Shown one piece after another: positions 19,155-29,514 of a DNA stretch of 37,664 bases (positions within the stretch are counted from its first letter, which is position 1; every line of letters starts with the position of its first letter). A program made the position numbers and the translations under genes. This DNA comes from Candidatus Hodarchaeum mangrovi (GTDB lineage Archaea > Asgardarchaeota > Heimdallarchaeia > Hodarchaeales > Hodarchaeaceae), in NCBI GenBank assembly GCA_016839515.1, contig JAEOUE010000212.1, forward strand, positions 1 through 37,664, in the 5' to 3' direction. The notes beneath the pieces were generated by a model. The model was given only the letters and a program-made list of their open reading frames with translations, had not been told where the DNA came from and did not search any database.

Positions 19155-20426
19155 TTAAACCCTCCTAAAAACGAAGTTACTAATACTTGTACCAGTCCCC
19201 GCATGACTATTGACAAGTCCTATTTCTGCATCCACTACCTCATTTTCAGTTGATTTGTGTTCTCTTGGAATAAAACCAGCAAGTTGATAATAACATTCAA
19301 TAGCAGACATTAAACCTGTTGCTCCAACAGGGTGACCATATCCTATTAAACCACCACCTGGATTTGTGGGTATTTTACCCTCCATCATTGGCATATTATT
19401 ACGCAGAAACTCTTTTGGAGTCATACTCTGACACCATCCTAATGCATTATAAATCTGAACTTCAGAGGTTGAGAAAGCATCATGTACTTCCGCGACATCA
19501 ATGTGTTTATATGAATCTTTCCAAGGGATACCTGCCATATCGAAAGCAATTTCAGCAGAGCGCCTACAAGCACCAAATTCTCCCAATCCTGGATATCCCT
19601 CTCCATAACGTTGAGTCCATCCGGGAAAATTATATCGATCTCCTGCGCGTATAGTACATGAAGATAATCCTGCTCCTACTATTTCAACTGTGTGGTCTGG
19701 AGCATAACGATTGGCAAATTTTTCATTGCATACTAGAATTACTGCTGCACCTTCTGACATAAAACAACAATCAAGTTTTTTTAGAGGATAAGCAATGAGG
19801 CGTGAATTCATTATATCATCAATGGTCATTTTTCGACCAACTTGTCGAAAATGCTGAGTTTTTTCACCAGTAGCCATAGCATTATTTTTATTTTTAGCAG
19901 CAACCTTGGCAAAGTCTTCTTCAGTTAATTTATGGTCTTCCATAAATACTCTTGCTAAACCTGCATAATAATTGGTATAATTAGCTCCAAGCATTGCCTC
20001 ATATCGTGTATCTGAGGCGATAGCAATAAGTTCAGATCCCTTAGACTGAGAGACACTAGCCATTAATTCATATCCAATAACAGGAACTACATCAGCTAAT
20101 CCTGCTCGAACCAAGGCATAAGCAGCATATAAAGCTGATCCACCTGTATTTCCACCATTGTCAATACGAAAATGGGGAACTCCAACAAGTCCCAAGTGAT
20201 CATGTAAAATCCAATAGGCTGTTAATTGATGGCTAAAATGAACTGAAAAATGTGAATAGACGACCATTCCATGATCTCGTACATCTCTGAGGTGAAATTC
20301 ATAGTTTGTATCTTTGTATAGTTGACGGATACAGTTTGCTGTCATTTCCTCAATCTGTAAATTAAGAGGATAATCAAATGGAGTTGTTGTTCCTCCAGCA
20401 ATGAATACTTTTTGCTGTTCTGGCAT
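19155..20426 (-). CDS. Thiolase-superfamily protein (SCP2-thiolase-like) lacking the catalytic cysteines
   Basis: VAAKNKNNA, PLKKLDCC..SEGAAVIL, AEVHDAFS..E, NPGGGLIGYGHPVGATG. The usual NACAS motif reads NGGNT. Confidence 0.9.
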   Translation of the reverse strand: MPEQQKVFIAGGTTTPFDYPLNLQIEEMTANCIRQLYKDTNYEFHLRDVRDHGMVVYSHFSVHFSHQLTAYWILHDHLGLVGVPHFRIDNGGNTGGSALYAAYALVRAGLADVVPVIGYELMASVSQSKGSELIAIASDTRYEAMLGANYTNYYAGLARVFMEDHKLTEEDFAKVAAKNKNNAMATGEKTQHFRQVGRKMTIDDIMNSRLIAYPLKKLDCCFMSEGAAVILVCNEKFANRYAPDHTVEIVGAGLSSCTIRAGDRYNFPGWTQRYGEGYPGLGEFGACRRSAEIAFDMAGIPWKDSYKHIDVAEVHDAFSTSEVQIYNALGWCQSMTPKEFLRNNMPMMEGKIPTNPGGGLIGYGHPVGATGLMSAIECYYQLAGFIPREHKSTENEVVDAEIGLVNSHAGTGTSISNFVFRRV

Positions 20427-20746
20427 ATTAATTCCCAATTGATTTTTTTTATCTTAATTACTTGTGTATCTATAACAATTATAGATTTAGGGGTAAAAAT
20501 ACAAAATAGAACCTAGATAATCGGTCTATTCTTTATGAATAAAACCCGATATACACTTGAACATCATCTGATAATCCTTTTAAATTCACCCATAATACCA
20601 ACAAGATACTATAAATCCTCGTGTAATTTCACAAATACTTCAAATCTGTAAAATTATCTTGTACAGATCAAATCTATGCAAGAGGATTTTAGATTTCTAA
20701 AAAAGATAAAAGGCTTTTGAAAAGAATTTCTTTTCTATTACCTTAA

Positions 20747-22054
20747 TTAAGGGGTTGCCCTATTAATCAATCTTGGATATAAGCAAGCATCACGAATATG
20801 CTCTAGGGAAAGTATCGCTTGAACAAGACGTTCTAAACCTAACCCAAATCCTGAGTGTGGGACCGAGCCATATTTTCTTTGATCTGTGTACCAATAATAA
20901 GTGTTCAGATCAAGGCCTTCTCTTTTATAGCCAGCTACTAATCTTTCTAAATCATCCTCTCGTTGTGAACCACCTATGATTTCACCAACACCAGGGAGTA
21001 AAAGATCGGCAGCATTCATTATTTTTGGGTTTTCAGTATTAACTTTCATGTAGAAAGGTTTCATTCCAAGAGGAAAATGAGTTAGAAACGTTGGTTTATT
21101 AATAGTATCAACTAAAGCACGTTCTGGTCCTTCCGTAATATCATCCCCATATTCTAAAAACTCACCTGTTTCACCTTTAATATTAAATTCTCTCAAAAGC
21201 TCGATGGCTTTATGATAACTGACTCTTTCAAAAGGCTTTATTGGAACTTGAAGGTTTAAGTTAAATTTCTTAATAAGAGGATTTGGAATTAGAAATTCAT
21301 AAACATGGATGATCATATCTTCCATAAATTCAAGTAGATCATCAAATTCAAACCAAGCCATTTCGGCTTCAATATGGGTGTACTCAGTTAAATGCCTCCG
21401 TGTACGTGATTTTTCTGCACGGAAGGATGGTAAAACACAGAAAACATTCTCAAAACTGGGTAAGAGGGTTTCAAGATATAACTGACTAGATTGAGTAAGA
21501 TAGGCTTCTTGATCAAAGTATTTAAATGAAAAAAGAGTTGATCCTCCTTCAACCTGCGTTTGAACTATGGTAGGAGGAGTAACTTCTGTAAAGTTTCTTT
21601 GAAAAAAGAATTCCCGTAAACTTCGAGTTACCAAGTCTCGGACTCGGATAATATCTGAAGTTCGTTCTCCTCGTAATACTAAATGTCTTTTATCAGCCAA
21701 AACTTGAGGCCCTGAATCTGGACGAATTTCATATTCCAATTCTGGTGAAGCAATGTTGATAACTGGTCTGATTGAGGATAATTGTAGCTCAATACCATTG
21801 TAGGGAGCACGTACATCCTTTTTTATTTTTCCTGTGGCATTTACTGCTGTTTCTCTTGTCAAATTTTGAGCAAGAGTATAACCATCTTCTTCATTAAATG
21901 CTTCTAGTTTGGCTACTGCTTGAACGTAACCCGAAGAGTCTCGAATTACGAAAAATATCAATTTGCCTTGATGACGAACATGATGAAGCCACCCACGAAT
22001 GTTAACTGAATATCCTATTTTTTCTGGTAGCTTACTTATGGGTATAAAGTCCAT
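20747..22054 (-). CDS. asnS: Asparagine--tRNA ligase
   Basis: OB-fold N-terminus, LTQSSQLYLE, FRAEKSRTRRHLTEY, GEIIGGSQRE and PHSGFGLGLER. Confidence 0.95.
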   Translation of the reverse strand: MDFIPISKLPEKIGYSVNIRGWLHHVRHQGKLIFFVIRDSSGYVQAVAKLEAFNEEDGYTLAQNLTRETAVNATGKIKKDVRAPYNGIELQLSSIRPVINIASPELEYEIRPDSGPQVLADKRHLVLRGERTSDIIRVRDLVTRSLREFFFQRNFTEVTPPTIVQTQVEGGSTLFSFKYFDQEAYLTQSSQLYLETLLPSFENVFCVLPSFRAEKSRTRRHLTEYTHIEAEMAWFEFDDLLEFMEDMIIHVYEFLIPNPLIKKFNLNLQVPIKPFERVSYHKAIELLREFNIKGETGEFLEYGDDITEGPERALVDTINKPTFLTHFPLGMKPFYMKVNTENPKIMNAADLLLPGVGEIIGGSQREDDLERLVAGYKREGLDLNTYYWYTDQRKYGSVPHSGFGLGLERLVQAILSLEHIRDACLYPRLINRATP

Positions 22055-22302
22055 TTAGTTGATCCTCACCAATTTAAGGTCAAGACTAGCTCTACTTTGG
22101 ACATAATCTTAAGTTTGATTGAACTGATGATTAAATTTATAATAAAATCAATGAAGTGTTATTATTTAGAAAGTTTGTAATATTAACTATTATGAACTCA
22201 GATAAAATGGTTGGTAGGAAAACACAAATTTAACCATTTTTTCGGATAGGTTGATTAGTTGATAAAGAAAAATTCAATAGAGAGTATTTTGGTGGATTTT
22301 TA

Positions 22303-23235
22303 TTGGATACTAAAAAATTTTTAAAGGCACATTTAGATTTATTTCGTTATACGCTAGGAATTTTAAGTTCGCTTGCAGTTCTTGCAGCAGGTTTTATAGT
22401 ATATGTACTTAATGGTGCTACACCAGATTTTTTGACATTTATCTTTAATAATGGTGTAATTGAGATTTCAGGATTAATTCTTGGGTTAATTGCCACTATT
22501 CTATTGACATTTGCAATTGAATCGATAAATGACTACTTTGATGTTAATACGGATATTGCAAACAAGCGGTTTGACCGTCCTTTAGCACGTGGTGATTTAA
22601 ATCGACAATATGTCTTATTTTTTTCTAGTATTTTATTCTTGATTTCATTGTTTTTAATTGCATTTTTGGTGTTATATTATAATGTTACACCCTTTCTGTT
22701 CTTATTTACCTGCTTTTGTGTTTTTATTGGAATTGGATATAATTATATAAAAACGACAGGCTTTATTGGGAACATCTGGGTCTCGATTGGATATGTTGCG
22801 CCTCTTTTTATTGGATTTTTTTTATTAAAGCCAAATGAAGAAGTATCCTTGTATACTTGTTTAATAATCATACTCACTAGCTTTTTCTTAGCTACAGGAC
22901 GTGAAATTGTTAAGGACATTCAAGATTATGAGGGTGATCGTCAATCTAATCTTAATTCATTAGCTGTAAGAATTGGTCCTCGCAAAGCAGGAGTTATAGC
23001 AAGCTTTCTTTTTGTATTAGTCTTCCTCTGTGGATTTTTGGTCGGATTTTTTGTTTATAAAAATATTATTTTTTGGTTATTTTGGTTATGTATTATGTTA
23101 ATCCTTGGTTTGACCATTTATACAATTATGACTGAAGAACCAGCTATCGGTGGGAAAAAAACGCGTAAATATACACGATGGAGTTTATGGTGGTCATTAG
23201 CAGCGTTTTTTTTAGGAGTTATGTTTATTCCTTGA
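22303..23235 (+). CDS. UbiA-family prenyltransferase, digeranylgeranylglyceryl-phosphate synthase-like
   Basis: NDYFD..TD..N...RPL.RG and REIVKDIQDYEGD aspartate-rich motifs, with multiple TM helices. Confidence 0.88.
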   Translation: MDTKKFLKAHLDLFRYTLGILSSLAVLAAGFIVYVLNGATPDFLTFIFNNGVIEISGLILGLIATILLTFAIESINDYFDVNTDIANKRFDRPLARGDLNRQYVLFFSSILFLISLFLIAFLVLYYNVTPFLFLFTCFCVFIGIGYNYIKTTGFIGNIWVSIGYVAPLFIGFFLLKPNEEVSLYTCLIIILTSFFLATGREIVKDIQDYEGDRQSNLNSLAVRIGPRKAGVIASFLFVLVFLCGFLVGFFVYKNIIFWLFWLCIMLILGLTIYTIMTEEPAIGGKKTRKYTRWSLWWSLAAFFLGVMFIP

Positions 23236-23397
23236 AAACCTGTTCATTGTTCTATTATTTTTTAATTTTCGATTTTTACTAGAGGAGAATTATAAACAGG
23301 TTAAAATGAGAGGGATTTGTCATTTTATACATATTTCCAATTGTTTCTCTTAAAAAATTGCATTATACCCTAATGATTTATAATCATAAATGAAATC

Positions 23398-24789
23398 ATG
23401 CAATATGGAGTTATTATATTGATGGATAAAGATCAAGCAGTTAATTCTAAAATCACTATTAGGGATATATTATATCCTTTTGCAATTTTATTATTAATGC
23501 TCTCTATTTTCGATTTAAGTGCTAATCTAGCTAATTCAGGGATTTTACTTGCATTAATTCAGGGGATAATTGTTATCTCTACTGAGGATGATATTACCAT
23601 TCTTAACCTTGTATTAAACATTATTGCTCAAATTGGGGCCACAGCTATCTTCTTATTTCTTTATAGAAGTCAAAAAATAGAAGTAGAAGAGAAGAAGGCG
23701 ATTCCTGCCCCCTATTTAGCGTTAATTCCAATTCTCTTCTCAATGCTTGAAGCTATTAGTTTTGTCTTGGTAATTCTTTTAACACCTTTTGGACCTGTTA
23801 TCAGTGCTTATGAGGATATTTTACCATCTCCTACCCTTTTATATAATCCATTATATTATTTTCTCCTCTTTGGAGCATTATGTGTTGGAGCTGCAATAAG
23901 CGAAGAGTTAATCTTTCGTCGTAGTTTAATTCCGATGCTAGAAAGGAGAGGAATAGGGAGTTTTTGGGCATTACTAATTTCTAGTTTATTTTTTTCAATC
24001 ATTCATATGCCTGCTGACATTATTCAAGGTACATTAATCTGGACTTTAATGCACTTTGCAGGAACGTTTATTGGTGGTTTAGCTATGGGATATATATATC
24101 TACGTACTCGTCAAATTCGCTGGCCTATCCTTTTACATGCTTTTATCAATGGGATCGGGGGAATATCGGCCATTGCCCAAGGATTTTATGAATACTATCA
24201 AGAATTTTATTTATTGAGTATTGTTACTATTTGGAGTATAATAGCTTTAACCATTGGTTTTGCAGCATTAAGTTATTCTTTCATCCAGTTTATACAACGA
24301 CGGGTTGATCAAAATCCCCCTGAATGGATCAAAATTGTTACGGATACAGGAATTCAGTTTAATAAGTTCAAAATCTTCTTTGGAATTTCATTCATATTCC
24401 TCTTATTGGAAGCAATTTTACCGGTAGTATTAAATCAGGTTTTTGAGTTTATCGAAAGTACTATCACTGTTTCGCAAGAATACCTCCTTTTAAAAACAAT
24501 TATTATATCTCTTTATCATATAATTATAGTAATATTACTTTTCTATCTTGTTTATAGGCAGCTAAGTCCTTTAAAGGAAGCTAATTGGGTGGAAAAAAAG
24601 TATCCTGAGTACTATAGCTTGGATAAATCCATTGTTACTACTATTGAAAGGATGCAAAATTTCTGTGGGGAATGTGGAAAAAATATTATTCCTAACACCT
24701 CTTATTGTGTTTATTGTGGGACGAGACTTATTCAAGAAAATAAAGAGGACACCAAGGATGGAGATAAGATGCAGGATACTCTCTCGTAA
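23398..24789 (+). CDS. CPBP (Rce1/Abi-like) intramembrane glutamic protease with C-terminal zinc ribbon
   Basis: EELIFRR, FFSIIH and ILLHAFIN motifs, plus C-terminal FCGECG...YCVYCG. The start may be ATG 23422. Confidence 0.9.
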   Translation: MQYGVIILMDKDQAVNSKITIRDILYPFAILLLMLSIFDLSANLANSGILLALIQGIIVISTEDDITILNLVLNIIAQIGATAIFLFLYRSQKIEVEEKKAIPAPYLALIPILFSMLEAISFVLVILLTPFGPVISAYEDILPSPTLLYNPLYYFLLFGALCVGAAISEELIFRRSLIPMLERRGIGSFWALLISSLFFSIIHMPADIIQGTLIWTLMHFAGTFIGGLAMGYIYLRTRQIRWPILLHAFINGIGGISAIAQGFYEYYQEFYLLSIVTIWSIIALTIGFAALSYSFIQFIQRRVDQNPPEWIKIVTDTGIQFNKFKIFFGISFIFLLLEAILPVVLNQVFEFIESTITVSQEYLLLKTIIISLYHIIIVILLFYLVYRQLSPLKEANWVEKKYPEYYSLDKSIVTTIERMQNFCGECGKNIIPNTSYCVYCGTRLIQENKEDTKDGDKMQDTLS

Positions 24790-24808
24790 ACCAAGTTCAA
24801 AAAGGGAT

Positions 24809-25294
24809 TTATTTTTTATATCCAATTTTGCGTAAAAAATTTCTTCTTTCTTGAATTTGTTCTTGGTTCTCTATCCCTTTTGGACTGAACCCATCGATTA
24901 CTCCAAGAATCCCTCTGCCTTGGTCTGTTTGAGCAATGATCACTTGAATAGGATTGGATGTCGCACAAAAAGTCGAGACAACTTCAGAAACTGCTTGAAT
25001 TCGTTTTAGAACCCCGATTGGAAAGGATTTTTCCAAAAATATCACAAAAGAATGTCCTGCGCTTATTTTCTTAGAGATTTCTTTTGCCAATGCTTCAAGC
25101 GTTTCATCATTGCCTGTAAATCGAATTAGACATGGTCCTGATGCTTCACAAAATGCAACTCCGAATTTGATAGAAATAGATGATTCTATTAATGTTTCAT
25201 AAATATCTTCGACTGTTTTTATGAAATGAGATTGACCAAGGATCATATTGAGCCCGTCTGGAATCTTTATTTCAATTGATTTTATTTCAACCAT
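24809..25294 (-). CDS. Adenosine-specific kinase family (DUF355) protein
   Basis: N.ILGQSHFIKTVED, FG.AFCEASG.CL, GHSF, GRGILGVIDG, R..FLR.IGYK. Confidence 0.92.
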   Translation of the reverse strand: MVEIKSIEIKIPDGLNMILGQSHFIKTVEDIYETLIESSISIKFGVAFCEASGPCLIRFTGNDETLEALAKEISKKISAGHSFVIFLEKSFPIGVLKRIQAVSEVVSTFCATSNPIQVIIAQTDQGRGILGVIDGFSPKGIENQEQIQERRNFLRKIGYKK

Positions 25295-25397
25295 ATTTAA
25301 TTACCCCATTTTATCTTTATAATCAAATTTTTTGAATAGTTTTTCAACCTACTAGTTTTTTTAGCTTCTTAAGACTTATTATTAAATGGAAAGATAG

Positions 25398-26420
25398 ATG
25401 TTGAATAAGTTATTTTATTATTTTCTCCTTTTTTTTTTAATTCTAACCTTGGATTCTGGGAATCATATTATTCAACATGTTCAAATAACTCAAGAAGATA
25501 AAAATTTGGAGAGAACTAATAATAAATTTTCTTTTAGGCTCACTAAACAAGTTAAAACAGAAAAAACGTCTCCATTCTTTTTGGTAGATAACTTAATGGT
25601 AGTTCAATATTCACCTATTGTTTTACTACCTTCTTTTGAATGGTATCTAGAAAAGGGTCTTAATTTCAATGCTTCGGACTATATTCCTAAAATACTAGTT
25701 AATAATAACAATATTCTTAATGCAATGAATATTACTCATGATCATTTAAGGAAATTCGGACATTCTTGGGATGTTATCGAATTTGATGGAACAAAGAATC
25801 CTGTAAAACTTGAATATCGATTATTAAATAGTTCAGGAGAAACAATTACAAATTCTAGTCTAAAAATTTTGGTAGATATTCCTAAAGTTGAGAAATTTGA
25901 TTATTTAAGAAGTGAAATCCATTTTGGAAAGACAAAAAATCCTTATTATTATCCAGGCTTGCAACAAGGAGATTTTAAGATTATTTTTAATCCTGATGGA
26001 TTTATTGTAAAATTTATCCCAAATTCAAATGGAAAATTAGATACTTTTCAAACTTGGTTAAATAAAAGTGATTACAATACTGCGATGAATCTTCTTCTGG
26101 TAAATAATTTCTTCTTATTTAAAAAAACTTATTTTGATCAATTTAACTATAATAATGAAACAACTTATTTTATATCCATTAAAATTTGGAATAGTGATGG
26201 GTCACATTTCTTAGAAACACGAGCTTACCGAGGAAATCCTATCCCCAGTAATTTATCTCAATTATGGAAGATGCTGGATAGCTTAATTAATAATAAAGAT
26301 ATAAATTTTGAATTAAAGAGCTCAAACAACTTATTTTTTAATGAATTTGAATTTCTTATGTTTTTATTAGTAATTTTCGCGTTTTTACGAAAAAAAAGCA
26401 AGGTGACAATAGAATCTTAA
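25398..26420 (+). CDS. Hypothetical exported protein with C-terminal membrane anchor
   Basis: Hydrophobic N-terminal signal and C-terminal FEFLMFLLVIFAFLRKKSK. No family recognised. Confidence 0.7.
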   Translation: MLNKLFYYFLLFFLILTLDSGNHIIQHVQITQEDKNLERTNNKFSFRLTKQVKTEKTSPFFLVDNLMVVQYSPIVLLPSFEWYLEKGLNFNASDYIPKILVNNNNILNAMNITHDHLRKFGHSWDVIEFDGTKNPVKLEYRLLNSSGETITNSSLKILVDIPKVEKFDYLRSEIHFGKTKNPYYYPGLQQGDFKIIFNPDGFIVKFIPNSNGKLDTFQTWLNKSDYNTAMNLLLVNNFFLFKKTYFDQFNYNNETTYFISIKIWNSDGSHFLETRAYRGNPIPSNLSQLWKMLDSLINNKDINFELKSSNNLFFNEFEFLMFLLVIFAFLRKKSKVTIES

Positions 26421-26516
26421 ATTCCGAGGATATTTTATATTTCTATTTTACATCTCTTATTTACTTTTATCTAGTGAATAACAGATTGTTCCTCAAATAA
26501 AATTGGGTTTAAGTCA

Positions 26517-27848
26517 ATGAAATCGCTTCTGTCTAGTTTCAAACGAAATTATCATTCGTTTATTCCAGTCAAATATCCTGAATTTGGAAAATTATTTTAT
26601 GGTCAATTCATCTCAAATATTGGATCCCAATTTTCTTATATGGCTCTTAATTTATTAATTTTTGAACTAGTTTACAATTTAACTGAATCAACAGAATTTT
26701 CTACACTAGCTATGGCTATATTGGCAATTTCTACCGCAATCCCCATGATTATAGTTGGACCATGGGCTGGAGTTGTTATTGATAGAATAAACCGGAAATA
26801 CTCAATGGTAGGGGCAAATATCGCTCAAGCAATAGCCATAGGAGTCATTCCATTCACAAACTATTTTAATATTGAAGTTCAAATCTGGTTGATTTTTATT
26901 CTATCATTTTTAAATTCAAGCTTCGCTAGATTCTTTTTCCCTGCACGAGGAGCCTCTATACCAAAATTAATAGATGATAAAAACGATTTATTTGCTGCTA
27001 ACGCATTAAGTGCTGGTGCATATCAAGTTTCAGCTTTAATAGGACCATTTTTAGCAGGAATAATTGTGGGATTAATAGGATATGACTTACCTTTTTTTAT
27101 TGATGCCATGAGTTTTTTAATCTCTGCAATATTTATTCTAGGTATACGAACCTCTCTTTATATTGAGAAGAAGTCTCAAAATACCCCTTTTTCAGATTTA
27201 AAAGATGGAGGAAAATTTATCATTTCTTTTCCTCCTATTTTTTACTTGCTAATTGTATTTTCAATATTAATGTTTGCTGGAGGAGCTTCAATGATTTTAA
27301 TCATTCCGTATCTTCAGAGTGAGATGGGATTAGTTGAATCAGAACCTAGAGCTTTTGTATATGGATTGATGATTGCACTTTCAGCTGCTGTTGGGATGTT
27401 GTTTGCATTTTATCTTTCACGAAAAAAACATATTTCACGACCTATCCAAATGATTACATTTTCAGCTGTTCTAGCAGGAATAATGTTACTTGGATTCAGT
27501 CTTTCACCAAACATATTCATTTTGGCTATCTTCTGGATAGGTTTTGGGACTATTGAAGTTTCTATTTCAGTTCCTCTCCAAACCATAACTCAAGAAACTG
27601 TTCCTGATAATCTTCGTGGTAAAATATTCTCATTCATTAATCTATCAATCACTTTTTCTCAAATTGTCGGAATGGGGGTAGTAAGTATATTTGCTAGCTC
27701 ATTTTTAAAGCTTAGGGGCAGTCTTTTACTCAATGGAGTCATTCTTCTGTTATTTTCCTTATTAGGTTATTATGTAATGCACAAATTTCATCTTGAAGAT
27801 CTTACTGAGGTTAAGAGACTAGAATATTATAATAAGGAGGACTATTAA
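26517..27848 (+). CDS. MFS transporter (DHA3/macrolide-efflux-like)
   Basis: GQFISNIGS, motif A GVVIDRINRK, FF.PA..A.IP, Q..VPD.LRGK.FS; about 12 TM segments. Confidence 0.93.
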   Translation: MKSLLSSFKRNYHSFIPVKYPEFGKLFYGQFISNIGSQFSYMALNLLIFELVYNLTESTEFSTLAMAILAISTAIPMIIVGPWAGVVIDRINRKYSMVGANIAQAIAIGVIPFTNYFNIEVQIWLIFILSFLNSSFARFFFPARGASIPKLIDDKNDLFAANALSAGAYQVSALIGPFLAGIIVGLIGYDLPFFIDAMSFLISAIFILGIRTSLYIEKKSQNTPFSDLKDGGKFIISFPPIFYLLIVFSILMFAGGASMILIIPYLQSEMGLVESEPRAFVYGLMIALSAAVGMLFAFYLSRKKHISRPIQMITFSAVLAGIMLLGFSLSPNIFILAIFWIGFGTIEVSISVPLQTITQETVPDNLRGKIFSFINLSITFSQIVGMGVVSIFASSFLKLRGSLLLNGVILLLFSLLGYYVMHKFHLEDLTEVKRLEYYNKEDY

Positions 27849-27853
27849 GAGTT

Positions 27854-29428
27854 CTATTTTTCATTATTCACTTTTGTTTCAGATGAAACAATTATGTCAA
27901 AATACTCCTTTATTTTACCTTCTTCACTAGTACCTTCTAAAACTAGTACATATTCAAGGCATCCACGTGCTCTTTCTCTTCTTTGTGTCATTTCATCAAG
28001 ATTACTAGTAATATCCAGATGAATGACGATATCAGCTTCCCCTAAGTTTAATCCACGGCCACCAACTGGTGTGAAGATTAAAACATCGACATCTTCTTCT
28101 CGAAATCTATCTATAATTATTCTTCGTGTATCTTCAGGGGTTTGACCCGAGAGATATTGAACACCAGGAAACTTAAGTATTTTTAATATCATATTCATCT
28201 GTTCCCCCAAAGCTAAATATCGTGTGAATATTAAAATTTTAGCCCCACGAATCAAATGCTCATGGACTAGATTTATTGCTAGTTCAACCTTTGGATGAAT
28301 TAAACCTCGGGTGGTTTTTTCTTCTGGATTCTCAAATTGAGGTAATTCAACACGATGGGAAATAAGATTAGACTTTAATTCAAGAAGTGGATTAAAGATT
28401 TCCACATTCTCTTCTAATGAGATATATTTGAGATATTCACCTGGAGTAGATTCTAAAAGTAATAGTCTAGCATGAGCGAGTTTGAAGAGCATAACAAAAG
28501 CAGTGATTAACTGCTGTCGGTCTTCTTCAGTTTCAATCGAGAATTTTCCTATACGTAAAGGTAAAGAAGCATTTGAATCGCTTAAACGCTCTAAAACTCC
28601 TCCATAAGACATTTTAATTATATCAAGTCGACTTAAATTAGGATCAAGAATTTCTTGCACAATACCAATAGGTTTGGTCATCAGGGTTGAGATTTGTTGA
28701 TCAGAGCTAATATAATCTTCTCTGACAATACTACATCTTTGGGTTATGGTTTCATAAGGAGATAATTCTGGACGTTGCATTAGATGTACCTCTTCCTCCA
28801 ATGTGCTAAGAATCGCTTTTGCTCTCCCTTGATCACGTGTTCCAGTCATTGTTAAAAGAGGAATTTTATTTTTAGATTTTCTTACTTCAAAAAGTTCTTC
28901 AAAATATTTTGAAAGACGAAAACCAGTCATTGACCGTGCTATGATATCTGTTGCTTCATCAATTACAATCAACTGAGTTGAATTAAGAATATCGATATTC
29001 AACTTACTTTTAATCTGAAATCTATCATTCATCAATGTCGTTATAGGACAAAATACCACATTCGATGCGTTATACATCTTTGCTTTTTGAGCTAGGCTTA
29101 ATCCTTTTCCTCCCGTTTTTGGGTCAAATAAATAGCCTAATTTATCAACAAATCCAAAAGATTTTGCCATTTCAAGTGCTTGCCTACAACGTAATGCTGC
29201 TGCTTCTCGTGCAGATGTAAAAATAAATTTGACCTGTTCTTTTGTATTAAGATTTTTAATTGCTAGAAAAGTAAGCAAGGCAATTACCGTTTTTCCTGTA
29301 CCATATGGATAATTTAGTAAAACAGAACGATTAGATAAAACTTGCTCAAGGATCTCCTGCATGGCAGCTAACTGATAATCCCGCTTTTCAACCGTAAGGC
29401 CAGAGAGTAAATTGTGGAGATCATCCAT
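27854..29428 (-). CDS. Divergent SF2 helicase related to Hef/FANCM/Mph1, without nuclease domain
   Basis: Q motif RDYQ, motif I PYGTGKT, motif II IDEAT, HPK...IFTRY, motif V GRGLNL, motif VI QRRERARG. Confidence 0.8.
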   Translation of the reverse strand: MDDLHNLLSGLTVEKRDYQLAAMQEILEQVLSNRSVLLNYPYGTGKTVIALLTFLAIKNLNTKEQVKFIFTSAREAAALRCRQALEMAKSFGFVDKLGYLFDPKTGGKGLSLAQKAKMYNASNVVFCPITTLMNDRFQIKSKLNIDILNSTQLIVIDEATDIIARSMTGFRLSKYFEELFEVRKSKNKIPLLTMTGTRDQGRAKAILSTLEEEVHLMQRPELSPYETITQRCSIVREDYISSDQQISTLMTKPIGIVQEILDPNLSRLDIIKMSYGGVLERLSDSNASLPLRIGKFSIETEEDRQQLITAFVMLFKLAHARLLLLESTPGEYLKYISLEENVEIFNPLLELKSNLISHRVELPQFENPEEKTTRGLIHPKVELAINLVHEHLIRGAKILIFTRYLALGEQMNMILKILKFPGVQYLSGQTPEDTRRIIIDRFREEDVDVLIFTPVGGRGLNLGEADIVIHLDITSNLDEMTQRRERARGCLEYVLVLEGTSEEGKIKEYFDIIVSSETKVNNEK

Positions 29429-29514
29429 ATGATTTCATCCATCATGATAAGATGAATAAGGATATTTAAATGCTGTTCAAATTATATCATAGAGTAAATT
29501 AAGAGGGTAATTTA

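Noticed and set aside
6695-23235. Selenocysteine or pyrrolysine readthrough at TGA/TAG-terminated genes (roadblock, CBS, korB, Cdc48-B, UbiA)
   Set aside because: The stops coincide with natural family C-termini and no conserved sequence was seen to continue beyond them.
22303-24789. Prenyltransferase next to a CAAX-type protease read as a protein-prenylation system
   Set aside because: The prenyltransferase is UbiA/DGGGP-synthase type (membrane lipid synthesis) and unrelated to protein farnesyltransferases.
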